DNA of 64,000 nucleotides from Oopsacas minuta (taxonomy: Eukaryota > Animalia > Porifera): positions 1,499,627 through 1,563,626 of the forward strand of contig JAKMXF010000111.1 of NCBI GenBank assembly GCA_024704765.1, written 5' to 3'. Below are positions 1 to 11,902 of this stretch, in pieces. Within the stretch, counting starts at the first letter, position 1; the number at the start of each line of letters is the position of its first letter. Made by a program: the position numbers and the translations under genes. The notes under the pieces were generated by a model. The model ran no database searches. It was not told the origin of the DNA and saw only the letters and a program-made list of their open reading frames with translations.

Positions 1-134
1 GAGAAATGTGAAAACTTGTGGTGTTCAGAAACGAAAACATTATTAAGAGAGGAGAACGTGGATAGCTCTTGGAGAAGAAAGAATATTCAAATTGAATCGT
101 AAATCTGTAACAAAATTGTATTTACCATTCTGTA

Positions 135-842
135 TCAAATGGTATTAGAGCTTGAACCATTCACAGCTTCCTCTAACTCGGTTATCCAATGGCTGACTTG
201 TTCAGAGATTTTAATCTCAGAATTGACCTCTCTGCTGGTTGCTTGCCTAAAAGCACTCAGCTTAGTTTGCACGACATCGACAAGCTTCTCCACTCCCATG
301 CAGTGAGAGACTAGCTCCTCCTTGCTCATGGCATCTAGACGTGAAGCATGAGCATCTGTGAATGCAGATTCAAAATCGTGATCTAGATAATCAGGAGACG
401 GCTCATAGATAGGAATAGGTCCGTCAGCGGAGGAGTTACTCTCATTTCCGGAGTCCAGAGAGAAGATATTGACTGCGAGGAGGGAGGAAGGTGTATTCAT
501 GTGAGGCTGTTCGCTAGGCTTGTCATCCATCAAGAACTGAGTAGTATTATATGGAGCGACAGCCTTCCTCTTCCCCAGCTGTTGCACCTGTTGTAAGTGT
601 CGCTCAATCCGAAGATTCTCATACTCCTGAAACTCTTGCTTCTCTTCCCAAGTCATCTGGCTGTACGGTTTCCATTTGCGTATCTTCTGTCTACGCTTTC
701 TCTGTTTACGCTGCTTTCCACCAGAACTCTCTTCTCTGCGGATCTTGACACCAGTGACCTCTTTCTTGTCAGGTTCACTCAAGTTAGAAGAATCAGCCAC
801 CAACTCTGAAGGCCCTAATTCAGGCTTTTCATGAGTATCCAT
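135..842 (-). CDS. HEXIM1: HEXIM (P-TEFb inhibitor, 7SK snRNP component), intronless, 235 aa
   Basis: Basic region KQRKQRKRRQKIRKWKPYSQMTWEEK, followed by the APYNTTQFLM (PYNT) motif, an acidic region and a C-terminal coiled coil. Confidence 0.93.
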   Translation of the reverse strand: MDTHEKPELGPSELVADSSNLSEPDKKEVTGVKIRREESSGGKQRKQRKRRQKIRKWKPYSQMTWEEKQEFQEYENLRIERHLQQVQQLGKRKAVAPYNTTQFLMDDKPSEQPHMNTPSSLLAVNIFSLDSGNESNSSADGPIPIYEPSPDYLDHDFESAFTDAHASRLDAMSKEELVSHCMGVEKLVDVVQTKLSAFRQATSREVNSEIKISEQVSHWITELEEAVNGSSSNTI

Positions 843-1900
843 GTTGTATACTAATGCAATAACGCTATAATACAGATGCGTAGATCTAACAATGATAACG
901 AGAAAATCAGAATAATATTATCCACACCCGATTACAACTAACTAATGAATCAAATCTCTATACAGAACTAATATTTGGCAAATAATTTACAGATGATAAA
1001 TGGTTCAGGTATATGTATGTGCAATGGAAAAACTCGGAATGTTATCCGACACAGTTTCGCCTGACAAATGTTAAAATCTTGAGTGTGGCTACAAGGAGAT
1101 GCGATAATTATTTGGAGGTTGTCTGACATTGTACTTAAGTCCGTGGTAGTGAGAAACTGGCGGTCCGAGTCCGGCGAGTGGCGTAGCCAGCCTGGGCACA
1201 GTGTTGGCGCACGACACAAGTAGCATATTTGCGGCACAAGCGCCACCTTGACTACGTAACTGGGTCCGACTAATACGAATACTGGTACATTAATATATAC
1301 ACATTTGGGGGTGGGGATTTGCACCTGAGACTATCAATTTTCTCAAGGTACAATTTCCACACTTTTAATGATATAATTAAAAAATCAAGTTTTCACACCA
1401 TTAATTGCATTCGATGGAATATTCAAAACAAAGTTAGGCTAGGGAGATTGGGTTTCAACAACTTGTTAGAGAATTGGGAGGTGCGTAGAAGCTGATATTT
1501 TCAGAGAATGAAATTTAAAATACACGAAAATATATCATAAAACTTCGATCAAAATTTAGTTAATAATTTCGAAAGATTCTTCGAATATTAGGCATATTCG
1601 TTTTACCCATAATCAAGCCCGGGGGCACGGAAGTGTGCCGGTTAAATCATAGCAGTCATTCGAAAGTGATCCTATTGAAATCTCACCATATAAATAGTAC
1701 TAACAACAGTAAAGTGGCCCTGGGCCAATAAATCAATCATATTTCACGAGTGTGAAGTTGGCAGCGAATTCAAGGAATGAAATTTGAGCACAACTTAACA
1801 CTTAACTCGAATATTCGCTATCTCGAAAGGATTTTGACTTCCCGGGCGTTGACCGCATTTGCATTTATATATTGTTGCCATTATCCGTATTTTTCTATAG

Positions 1901-2485
1901 GAGCATTGGATGTACAGTTTTTGAGATGGCAACAGGGAAGCCACCTTGGTATTTACTTTTAAATGATTGTAATAGAATGGATTCTGTAATTATGCACATG
2001 AGAAGACCTCCCTTCCATCCATCACATATTTTAGCTTCAAGAGTGTTTGTAGGGCTTTTAAGGATATCCCACAAGAAGCAGCTCTATTCAGGATAGGAAT
2101 GGGATATGATCTACCAGAACTTCCTGATATATTATCAGATGGAGTGAAGGCAGTTATTAACAGAGGTTTGCAACAGTTAGTTGATAGTTTGGTTACAGTA
2201 ATGGTCACTTATTGTGAACCCCCGCGGGGCAAAAAATATTGTTCATGAATCAATTTTAAGAGAATGTTATTTCGGGAATGATAAGGGCTAGAAACTTGAA
2301 ATTTGGTGTCTATGCGGGATGTGATTAGTCTGGGAACACTTTCTAAGATATAAGCAATAGCTTATATTACACTCTTAATTTGTTTGTTCATCTGTATAAC
2401 TATTAATATTTCTTTTAGAGATCCATCCAATCGACCTAGTGCTAAACAGCTCCTACTCACCCAATTCTTAAGAGAATCATTTTAA
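1901..2485 (+). CDS. MAP3K19: MAP3K19/YSK4-like kinase, C-terminal exons only (1901-1948, 2053-2175, 2419-2485; subdomains IX-XI)
   Basis: Manual splicing at GT-AG sites gives (W)SIGCTVFEMATGKPPWAFKDIPQEAALFRIGMGYDLPELPDILSDGVKAVINRGLQQDPSNRPSAKQLLLTQFLRESF*. Phases match. No upstream kinase exon was found between 843 and 1900. Confidence 0.85.
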
Positions 2486-2837
2486 CCCCTGTGTATAATA
2501 TTTTAACAGTATATCTTCTAATGTGCGTGCTCGTTGTTATTCGCTTATAACTCGAATTGGATTCTATTTTATCTCAAATTATTAATAATATACTACTATT
2601 AAAGAAAAATGCAATAATCCCTCAGACTTAGTGCCCCATCGGATGACAGCAGGGAGTCCACCGGAGATATCCGAGCCCAGAGTTGGAATTGGGTTCAGGT
2701 TCGAAGTTGATCAGTTCGAACTTTGTGCGTAATTTTTTAAATTCAATGATTTAATATTATTTTTTGAAAGATTATATTTACATTAGAAACATCATATATG
2801 GAACTATAATGAAATGACCTCGAAAAGACATTTACGG

Positions 2838-2919
2838 CAGTGGTTCTCAACCTGGGATACACGGACACCATAAAATGAACTAAAGAGATCCGCGGGAGAA
2901 AAAAGGTTCAGAACCAATG
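2838..2919. mobile_element. 82-bp hAT (Charlie-type) miniature element
   Basis: TIR CAGTGGTTCTCAACC / GGTTCAGAACCAATG; perfect 8-bp TSD ATTTACGG (2830-2837 and 2920-2927). Confidence 0.8.
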
Positions 2920-3157
2920 ATTTACGGATAAATATTATTAACCTGTAATATTGCAAGAACAAATTTTCCTTTCTACACTTCGGGTTGGATCGGGTTCTGA
3001 AAAGTGGACCTGATTCCAACTCTATCCGAGCCTATACTTGTAAATGATAATCCATAGCGGTTGCAGACCTGAGGTCCACACGATCTCAAATTATATAGAC
3101 GTTGTGTCTTAGATAAATATACACGAGTGATAATTGAATTTAAGGACTTGATTAAGT

Positions 3158-3857
3158 TCACATACTATCACCACTAACACCTAGCTCAGCTCCAACCCTT
3201 TGTATCACTTCTAACACACCCATTTGTAGCTTAATACTCTCCTTTTGATTTGTAACACAAAAAGTAGGCACAGCGGCTTGTTCTAGGACTGATTGCTGTT
3301 CTTCTAGAAGTTTGTCTAATTCTCTAATTATTTCTTTGTCTTTTGCAGTCATTTCGTCTTGGCTCATCTTTTCTAATTTCTGTTTTGCTTCATCGTAATT
3401 CCGTCTTACAATTATTTCATGATGTTGTCTGCCATCTAGTTTACGTAACCCCTCTTTTAGCTGTTGGTTAAGTTCTGTTTGTTTCTTCTTGTGAGATGTA
3501 GCGACCTGATTGAATTATACAAGAGTAAACAGTTCTCAAATGGATGGCTCTTATAAGCGATACATGCACACACGTTGACACCATTCGGACGCGGGTTCAT
3601 ATTTTCACAATCCCCCAATTATCCACGCATCCGACGTGTATTACCTTCATTCTTTGTTGCAGGAGCTGCTCCTCTGTTAGTGACTGTATCTCTTCTAATT
3701 CTTTTATAATCTCAAATACAGTCCCGTCGAGTAACGAAGTAGCTAGTTGATAGAGACGCTCTTCCGTTAGATGAGAGCTAATCGGCTCACTAAGTTCTCC
3801 TTTTATTGAGTTTAGTGTCTTTAGGTATTGGTCTAGTTTGGGACTATTTTCTGTCAT
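3158..3857 (-). CDS. DGCR6: DGCR6/gonadal family protein, 2 exons (3857-3645, 3505-3158)
   Basis: LATSLLDGTVFEIIKELEEIQSLTE and ELDKLLEEQQSVLEQAAVPTFCVT match DGCR6 motifs (LLDGTVFEI, QQSTLEKAGV). Phase-0 GT-AG intron 3644-3506. Confidence 0.88.
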
Positions 3858-4159
3858 AACTAAATAGAGAATTTGTAAATAAGTTCTATGAAGGTATACG
3901 CATATGACAAGGGTCATATTAGGAAATAATCTGGTTATAAAATGACCAAAATACTGGAGAACAGGTCAAAACTGGTGTTCCGCCCCTACCAGGGGGTCTA
4001 TAAATGTGTGATAATTGGTATAGACTATCCATGGCTAAAAAGATTGAGAAATATTCATGAATTAAACATAATCTTAATTTAGCTAAGTTATGAATGAATT
4101 GAGACATTTATTACAAACCAATTATATCCTAAACTAGAAATTACATACTTTCTACATTC

Positions 4160-4339
4160 ATGGCTACTGCAACTGTTGCTATGGAAACGGGATCGCAAAT
4201 CCCAATCCCACAGACAGTTGGATTATCAGGTCAGATCCCAAACTCAGCTGGAGGGTATTCTTGGCCGATTAGCGATATTGGGAGACTGAGACATGAATAT
4301 TGTCATTATTTCACCATTTTATCAGTGAAATTCAAATAA
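4160..4339 (+). pseudogene. RO60: RO60/TROVE2 N-terminal fragment, truncated after about 44 codons
   Basis: MATATVAMETGSQIPIPQTVGLSGQIPNSAGGYSWPISDIGRLR resembles the Ro60 N-terminus ([23 protein letters not shown]). Similarity stops at about 4291 with no splice donor, and the frame runs into TAA at 4337-4339. Confidence 0.72.
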
Positions 4340-5749
4340 ACAATATATTTACTAACTAACGAGGGAATAGTAGTAACAGACCTCCTTTAACACGCTTAAC
4401 TACACATATTTACAAGTAGAATCATTGAAATATTTTCCATGAATTGGACACTTTGTATTATGATGACGTCATAACATAATGAGATATGAAATGCCATCAG
4501 ATAGACATCATGTTGAGCTGAAAAAATTTTCTCATTAACAAATGCATTTTAACAGCGATAATGACCTCCACCAAAAGGACAAGCTTCGTATCAATCGTTT
4601 GGACATGTGGCAGGTTCGGATTATCAAGGTTGTGTATTGAATCAATTTTCATATAAACTATCAAATATCTGTGGAGTCCGCCTATTAGCGAATCGTACAG
4701 TAAACTTCTGTTACAAGCAAGCAGCTATAGTTTGAAAAGAATATATTCCACTCCGCTTACAACCAAATGAAATCATGCACGCGGTGGGTACTTCGTTATA
4801 ACTAGAGTTTATTGCAGAGGTTCACAACCTAGGGGTCAAGGACAGCCTGGTGGTGCACGGATGACAGCAGGGGATTCACGAGTGAGCGAACACCACTGAA
4901 ATACTGATTAATCATGTGAAAATACCTGAAATATTCGAGTGTGAAGATTCACTATCTGGTATTTCTTTTGAAGCCATTTGATTCAAATAATAGCTAACAA
5001 AATGTATTAGAATTACTCAAATTCAAAATATCAGAAAAAATCGACAAATTAGAAAATACTTTCGATGTCATTAGTTAGACCGAGAGGTGATTTTAATAAT
5101 ATTCGAATGAATTATTTCACACCTAATTTGAGTGTTCATATTTTTGCTAGATAATATAACTACAGGGGACTATATTGGACTCAATAAGTATCAATCCTTG
5201 GTCAGATTGGGAAATGACTCTCAAACCATGAATTAATGAAATTCATCAAATTTGTATTCACGTAAATCGCTAAATTTTGTGATAATTCTATAACAGAGAT
5301 CCTCTGTTCCCTTTACACAACAAATTGTTATTGGAAACTGTGAAATCGGGAATTTAATTACAAACAAATATGTAAACAACAACAATATAATTAATAAATA
5401 TTTATTACACTATCAATAATACTAGCACAAATAATATCAAAGTTATTATTAACAACTATCCCTGTTGGATAATCACATGTAATTTTGTGTATCAGCTGTC
5501 CATCTTTAGTAAATATATTAATTGAATTTCCCCAATAATCGCTAATTATAATATTATTACACAAATCTAAACACATAAAATTTCTTCTCTTCCATTTTCT
5601 AATATTATGAAACTTTTCAATAAATCACCTGATTTAGAGAATATGTGTATATTATTAATCTTATTAATGTCTGCTACAAATATCTTATTATTATTTATTT
5701 TGACGTCACGCGGATTTATAAGTTTGTCTTTTCGTATTTCTCTTATATA

Positions 5750-8700
5750 TGTTATAGGAGATGTTGGCGATCTGATGGTATATGGCTTCAATACAGTTTT
5801 TAAGTGAATTGTGTGACTTCAACAAATTATAGCTGACATGCTTCAATCGTCGTACGATCGTACGATAGCACAATTCCACAAATAAATAGTAAACCTAAAA
5901 TGTTTTTATTTATTCATACTTAAAATGACTGAAAATTACCATCGAAAGTAAGATTACCACACTCTTATGTAAAATATGCAAGCGTCAAAATGAAATTATA
6001 CAATTAATAGGAGATTTTATCCAATTGTCTCCATTACTAATTTTAAAACTCCGGCACTTTAAGTTCCTTGGGTATACACTTCTTTTCGGTAATCATTTTA
6101 CCTTAAAAACTGTTATTGAAAAAAATCATTACCATTACGGTGGAATGAAAACAAGAAAATAATATCTGATGAAGATTCAAATCTACCACGAAACATGAAA
6201 GTCAATTTTGCAGTATACTTGGCTATTCCTTGTTAGTTGACCTCAAACACAAGCATTGAGGGAGTTTAGTACGTACCATTCCTAAATAAGTACATTAGAT
6301 ATATCGTAATATACTTGGCTAAATTATCAGTTTGCTTACTGATGGTATTAGAAACTATAAAAGTATACTGTATTGAAGCCATATACCAGGGGTGCCCAAC
6401 ATACGGCCCGCACAAAATTTGCACTTTGTAATATATACTATTTCTTCATGAACAATTCCTAAGCCACATTTCGATAGCATTCATACTGGGTGTCGAATTT
6501 CAATGTATTTGACATTTTGAGGATTCTTATTCATTTTCAATACACGACAGGTGCATGTGTTTAGTAATAATAATCCTTAGCGGTGTATAAATATAAACTA
6601 GTATAATTCTAAGCTTACAATTGAAATTCAGATACTGCGTTTACTCATCTCCTAAATTACCTGTAGAATATATATATCATTTATATTAACGGAGCCTTGT
6701 TCTAAGAAAAGGAAAGTTGATATCGAGAGTAGAACTTTCAACGACAGCTGGACCGAGAAATACTTTTTCACCAACTTGCTTAATATGCAAGCAGGTCATC
6801 GCAGTGATGAAAGAGTACAACATCCAAAGACACTATAGTGCTAAACATCAAGATTACAAAGCATGCTCAGGGCAGATACGGAAGGATAGAGTACAATCAT
6901 TAATAAGGAACTTTCGGTACAGCAAAATATTTTTACAAATACTAATTCTGAGTCAGAAAAAGCTGTTCGTGCAAGCTTTGCCATTTCCAAACTTATTGCA
7001 AAGAAATATAAGCCATTTACTGATGGTGAATTTATCAAGGAGTGTGTTATTACTTTGGCGCAAATTATGTGCCCAGAGAAACAGAAGTTATTTGAAAACA
7101 TTAGCCTTTCAAGAATGACAATTAGCCGTAGGATAGAGAACTTATCAACAGACTTAAAACTTACTTTAGAAAAACGTGCGAGTGAGTTCCAGTACTATTC
7201 TCTGGCCCTTGATGAGAGCACAGATGCCACTGATACTGCCCAACTTGCTGTTTTTGTAAGAAGAATCGATTCAAAGTTTAATCTTACAGAAGAATTGGCG
7301 AACTTACACAGCCTTCACGATAAAACAACTGGAGTTGATATTTATAAAGCGGTGATGAATGGAATTGATGCTATCGGACTTAAGTTGAATAATTTATGTG
7401 GGGTAACGACAGATGGCACACCATCAATGATTGGGAAGGAAAGGGGCTTCGTTGCTCTTCTGGAGAAAGAAAGGATCAATTCAGGAAGTAGTACTATGAA
7501 ATTAGTCAAAGTGCATTGTATAATTCACCAGGAAAATCTCTGTTAAAAGTCATTAAGAATGCAGGGTGTAATGGAAATAGTAGTGAAAACTGTCAACTTC
7601 ATTCGTGCTCGAGGACTCAATCATCGACAATTTCGAAAACTTTTAGACGAAATGGATTCTCAATATGGAGACCTTCTTTATTATACGGAAGTACGATGGT
7701 TAAGTAGGGGTGCGATGCTTCGACGCTTTTATGAACTCAAAGAAGAAGTATTTCATTTTATGGAGGAGAAGGGGAAACCAGTTTTTCATCTAATGATCCA
7801 TTATGGTTGTGTGACTTGGCATTTTTGGTCGATATCACTCAATATTTGAATAACCTCAACTCAAAATTACAAGGAAAAATCTGCTTATTCACAATTTGTT
7901 TGACTTCATTTGCGCTTTTGAAAGAAAGCTCGAGATATGGGAAAAACAATTAATAGAAGGAAATCTTTATCACTTTGAAACCTTATCAAAACATTCCCCT
8001 CCAGATACAGGTGTATACGCAATCGAAATCAATTCCCTGCGCAAAGAATTCGAGAATAGATTTAAAGATCTTCGTAGCAATATTGTAAACTTCGCTATAT
8101 TCTCAAATCCTTTCTCTTTAGAACCTATTGAACTCCCCGAGCATCTCCAGCTAGAATTGGTCGACATGCAATGCAACCAGGACTTGAAAGCAAAATTCAA
8201 TGATGTCACACTGATAGACTTTTATCAAAAGTATTTATCATCATCAGATTACCCCAATCTTATCAAGCATTGTAAGATGATGGCTTGTCTATTTGGGAGC
8301 ACATACATATGTGAACAACTGTTCTCCCAAATGAAGCTAGTAAAAAGCAAATGCAGAACTGTTTTAACTGATAGACATCTCGAAGATACATTAAGAATAG
8401 CTACTACGGATATGGAACAAAACATCGACCATATAGTCAGACCTATGCGTCATCAATCGTCATCCATGTCAAAGTAGTAAATCATTGCCTGTACTGGTAT
8501 TAGCGGTGGTAAAATGAGTATTCGGGTTTCTAATTAGTTAGTATTTTTGATCATTTTCTGTAGTCTGCCAATATTTCATATGTGTGTTCCCTTTCTGTAG
8601 CATTTCCACTTGGATATTCCAACAAATTTTCTCTAAATAAATCTGAAAATTATAAATTGGTCCATGTGGCCCACCAAACTATTGAGGAAGCCAATGTGGC

Positions 8701-8765
8701 CCGCAATTAAATCGAGTTGGGCACCCCTGCCATATACTATCAAATCGCCCACATCTCCTATAACA
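5750..8765. mobile_element. Non-autonomous TIR element with TGT...ACA ends and 4-bp TSD (Ginger-like), about 670 bp without the nested hAT
   Basis: About 48-bp TIR TGTTATAGGAGATGT(T/G)GGCGAT(C/T)TGAT(G/A)GTATATGGCTTCAATACAGT; TSD TATA at 5746-5749 and 8766-8769. The TSD length is ambiguous because the target is an (AT)n run. Confidence 0.75.
6387..8729 (+). mobile_element. hAT Charlie/SPIN-type (GTF2IRD2-like) transposon with frameshifted transposase (about 6700-8477)
   Basis: 14-bp TIR CAGGGGTGCCCAAC; perfect 8-bp TSD CCATATAC (6379-6386, 8730-8737). Motifs include CLIC..HY BED-like finger, LALDESTD, TTDGTPSM, HCIIHQE, EVRWLS and FGSTYICEQLFS, spread over 5 broken ORFs. Confidence 0.95.
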
Positions 8766-10005
8766 TATATTCTAAATCAGGGCTGAATGCTGCAATTCTA
8801 TTATTATTACAATCTGCAACTAACAATTCTCCATTTGTGTCAGTTGTTAGACCAAGAGGGTCACTAACAACTCCCTTAACACTCTTAATTAATTTGTAAT
8901 TTGTTCTAGAGAATTTCAATACAGCATTAAGTACAAAATCACTTATAAACACCCATTCCTTATTTAATGCTATACCGTATGGAGTATTTAGCTGCCCTTT
9001 ACCAAATTCATGAATGAACTTACCCTCTGTAGAGAAGATCTGTATTCTTTTATTGTTTGTATCTGCTATATAGATTATATCTCCATCTAGAGCTAGTCCG
9101 TAAGGGCGATTCAGCTCTCCTTTCTTATTGCCAGGTTTACCAATCCTTCTGATCGGATTAGTCTTGTTTTTGTAGACTTGTTGTTCAGCTGTATTCTGAA
9201 TAGACCCCAACTTCTCCAGCTGTCCTAGGAGAGAGTCCAGACGCTCAGTATTGAAAAAAGGAAATGGGACAAGCGTTTCTTTTTCGTATTTCAGCTCTTG
9301 TTTGCAACATCTGTTCTTCTTGAAACTTTACTATTTCACTCTGTTGAATAGAAGTCTCATTGAATTGTCTGATCATCTTCTCCAGGTCTGCTACTTGTGT
9401 CTTTCTTGTATTCTCCTTTCTTAGATAGTCCTGCTTCATATCGAACAGCTGGAGAAGCAGCTGATCTCGCCTCTCTGTCGCAATCCGAATAATCTTCCCG
9501 AACGTGGAATGGATCAGTTGTTCCGCTTGTTCGAAAGAGTTCATAGGAATTTCTTGTGCGTATTTGGTGGCCATTTGTTTGTTGTTCTGTTTATGATTAG
9601 TCTCATTTACAGACTGTATTTATACAAGTTCACACATTAAGTATTCAGGTGTCAAGTGATGAAATAGAAAGTTACAACTAATCACATTTCTTTGAACTCT
9701 ACCACGAGACTATTGTCACATAGAATACAGATGTGTTAGGTCAGATGACTTTCCACATGTAAATTAGTTCCAGCTATACCACACACATTCCTTATAGAAT
9801 TAGTTGCTATGCTCTATTAGCTATCAGTTTCAATTTGTGATTCTAATCATTTCTTGTATATTCTTCCTTGAAATTTGGCGCGAAAATATGAAAATATAGA
9901 GTTTATATAATTTCATAGGAAATTATCAAAGGTGTCAAAATATGATTAATCATAATAGATGCAATAATCTTTAGGGAATTGTTGTATGTAATATTTCTAT
10001 TTTAG

Positions 10006-10408
10006 CAATACGAACTCGTCAAAGCAGAAGTTGATGTTCTTAAGAGACTTTCTCATGGAAATATAGTCAAATATCTCGGCTCGTGTCTTGACAACACGAT
10101 AGTGAATATATTCATTGAGTTTGTAGCTGGAGGATCTGTAGCTCGACTGCTTAAAACGTAAGAAAATTAGAAATACAATTATATATTTATCTATTACAGT
10201 AGGCACCAGTTAATCAGGTCAAAATGGTCTGGTCCAGATATAACCCTAATTAATCTGAGTCTACTGTTCTAAAATAGAATAGTCCTATAGATAATTGAAT
10301 TAATTATGTAATTAGATACGGACCATTGGAAGAATCTTTTCTAAGGAATTACAATCGTCAAATTGTTAGCGGAGTTAAGTACTTACATTCAAAGAATGTA
10401 ATACACAG
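10006..10408 (+). CDS. MAP3K19: MAP3K19/YSK4-like kinase, middle exons only (10006-10157, 10316-10408; subdomains III-VIb)
   Basis: Spliced product [82 protein letters not shown], with canonical TTTAG/GTAAG sites and matching phases. Confidence 0.87.
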
Positions 10409-11281
10409 GTAAGTACATACGTATACAAGAACATCTTTAATACGAACAGCAACGAACGGTAGAAATGCTCCCCTATACGATGAAAACTAATCAACTATTA
10501 ACCAAAGTAGCATATAAAACTGAGTGTGCACCACACTCCTAATCTTCGAAGACTAAAATATTGGTCAATATGTCGAAAAACTACTTTACAAATCATCGAC
10601 AACACTATTGATAACTATATATGATCTTAGAAACTTCTCTCAACAAAGGGCTCGTTAAACGCTAATCCATGACATGATCCCCAAAAGAATATTGCGCAGT
10701 CATGAAAAATAACATATACGGGCATTCTCAGGATTGAGTCATCATCGCAAGAGATATCGTATCGAATTATATCAGGGTATGGGATATCGGGCATATATAC
10801 ATGTTCTCAGGGGACGATTTGACCATAACATTAAAGGTTGCCAAGTTATTGATGAATATCAGCAAAAATGTGGCATCCATGGATGAAACTATTACTCTGG
10901 AACGTGCAAACATAATCAAATCAAATTTTGATAATTTGCATGAAAATAGCCTTAGATCCTATTGAATAAATACGAGTTAACTGTCCATGCAGTTTAGAAG
11001 TCCATGATTAGGTATATGTAGATAAAAAAGTGTAGATGTAATAAATCATGCAATGGAGCAAAACTAAAATATGAAAGTCAATCTAAATGTTCTATCTTTG
11101 AAGCAAAGTTCTATACTTCAAGTGAACGAAATAATAACTAAGCCTGGAAGGAGTAAGGGCTAGTGGCGTAGATTAAAAGGATTTGGTAAGTGTGTAGCAA
11201 TGGAGCTTGGAGTATATAAATAAGTAATCTGGGACAGAAATTCAAATATATATACCTACATAATTACAGCTCAATACAATT

Positions 11282-11902
11282 CTATGAGAGTAGAGAGTAT
11301 GATCTATGTGTAAACTTTCGCGAAATATCCATGCTATGCAAGATAAATGATATTATTTTACTGCAGCTATATCCAATCCAAGTTCCAGCCAAACAAGGGA
11401 TAGGCCATTTCTGCCAGGGCTTATCCCAATCTAAGAGGATAGGAAAAGCACTCATCCACACACATACACAAACAGAATATACTTGTACTACTAAATCTAA
11501 CTCTTCTAAAGAGTATAGCTCTAAAAGCAATAGCTTAGAGATAAAATATCTGTAGTTTATTCTGAATGAGAAAGTACAAGGTAATACTGTGAGGATAGAA
11601 ACAGTAAACGATAAAACAAGAGTTTCAGTCTTATTCTCGAATAGAGCAGCACCAAATGCAATGAATATACAGTGAATAGGAATAATAGCGAGTAGAGTCA
11701 CGATGAGAGAATGTATATATCTCCTTACAACTATAGCACGACTGGCTGATGAATTGTTACGAAAGTAGACTAGAGATTTGATAAATAAATAGGAGAGAGA
11801 TATAATGCAGGAACTTGTGAGAATTCGAGAGTATGTTGTGAAGTAGTACGCCAGGAGGGAGATTGTTATCATAGGAAAAACCTCAGTCAATAACAGGTCC
11901 AT
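11282..11902 (-). CDS. PIGF: GPI biosynthesis protein PIG-F
   Basis: Multi-TM 206-aa protein with IAFGAALFE and LLDWDKPWQKWPIPCLAG, the typical PIG-F C-terminal motif. Confidence 0.88.
   Translation of the reverse strand: MDLLLTEVFPMITISLLAYYFTTYSRILTSSCIISLSYLFIKSLVYFRNNSSASRAIVVRRYIHSLIVTLLAIIPIHCIFIAFGAALFENKTETLVLSFTVSILTVLPCTFSFRINYRYFISKLLLLELYSLEELDLVVQVYSVCVCVWMSAFPILLDWDKPWQKWPIPCLAGTWIGYSCSKIISFILHSMDISRKFTHRSYSLLS

Larger units (their letters stand above)
5391..9574 (-). pseudogene. Coiled-coil + NHL-repeat (TRIM71/brat-like beta-propeller) gene split by a transposon and frameshifted
   Basis: N-part 9574-8766 (coiled coil, frameshift near 9280, repeats such as LNRPYGLALDGDIIYIADTNNKRIQIF). 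C-part 5749-5391 (YIREIRKDKLINPRDVKINNNKIFVAD, frameshift near 5580). Removing 5750-8765 plus one TATA restores ...PDLEYIREI... in frame. Confidence 0.88.

Noticed and set aside
968-1324. 118-aa minus-strand ORF upstream of HEXIM as a gene or HEXIM exon
   Set aside because: No ATG, no recognisable domain, and it ends in a stop before HEXIM; cannot be supported.
900-1330. 7SK RNA gene next to HEXIM
   Set aside because: No GGAUG 5' end or GAUC HEXIM-binding motifs were found on either strand of the GC-rich patch.
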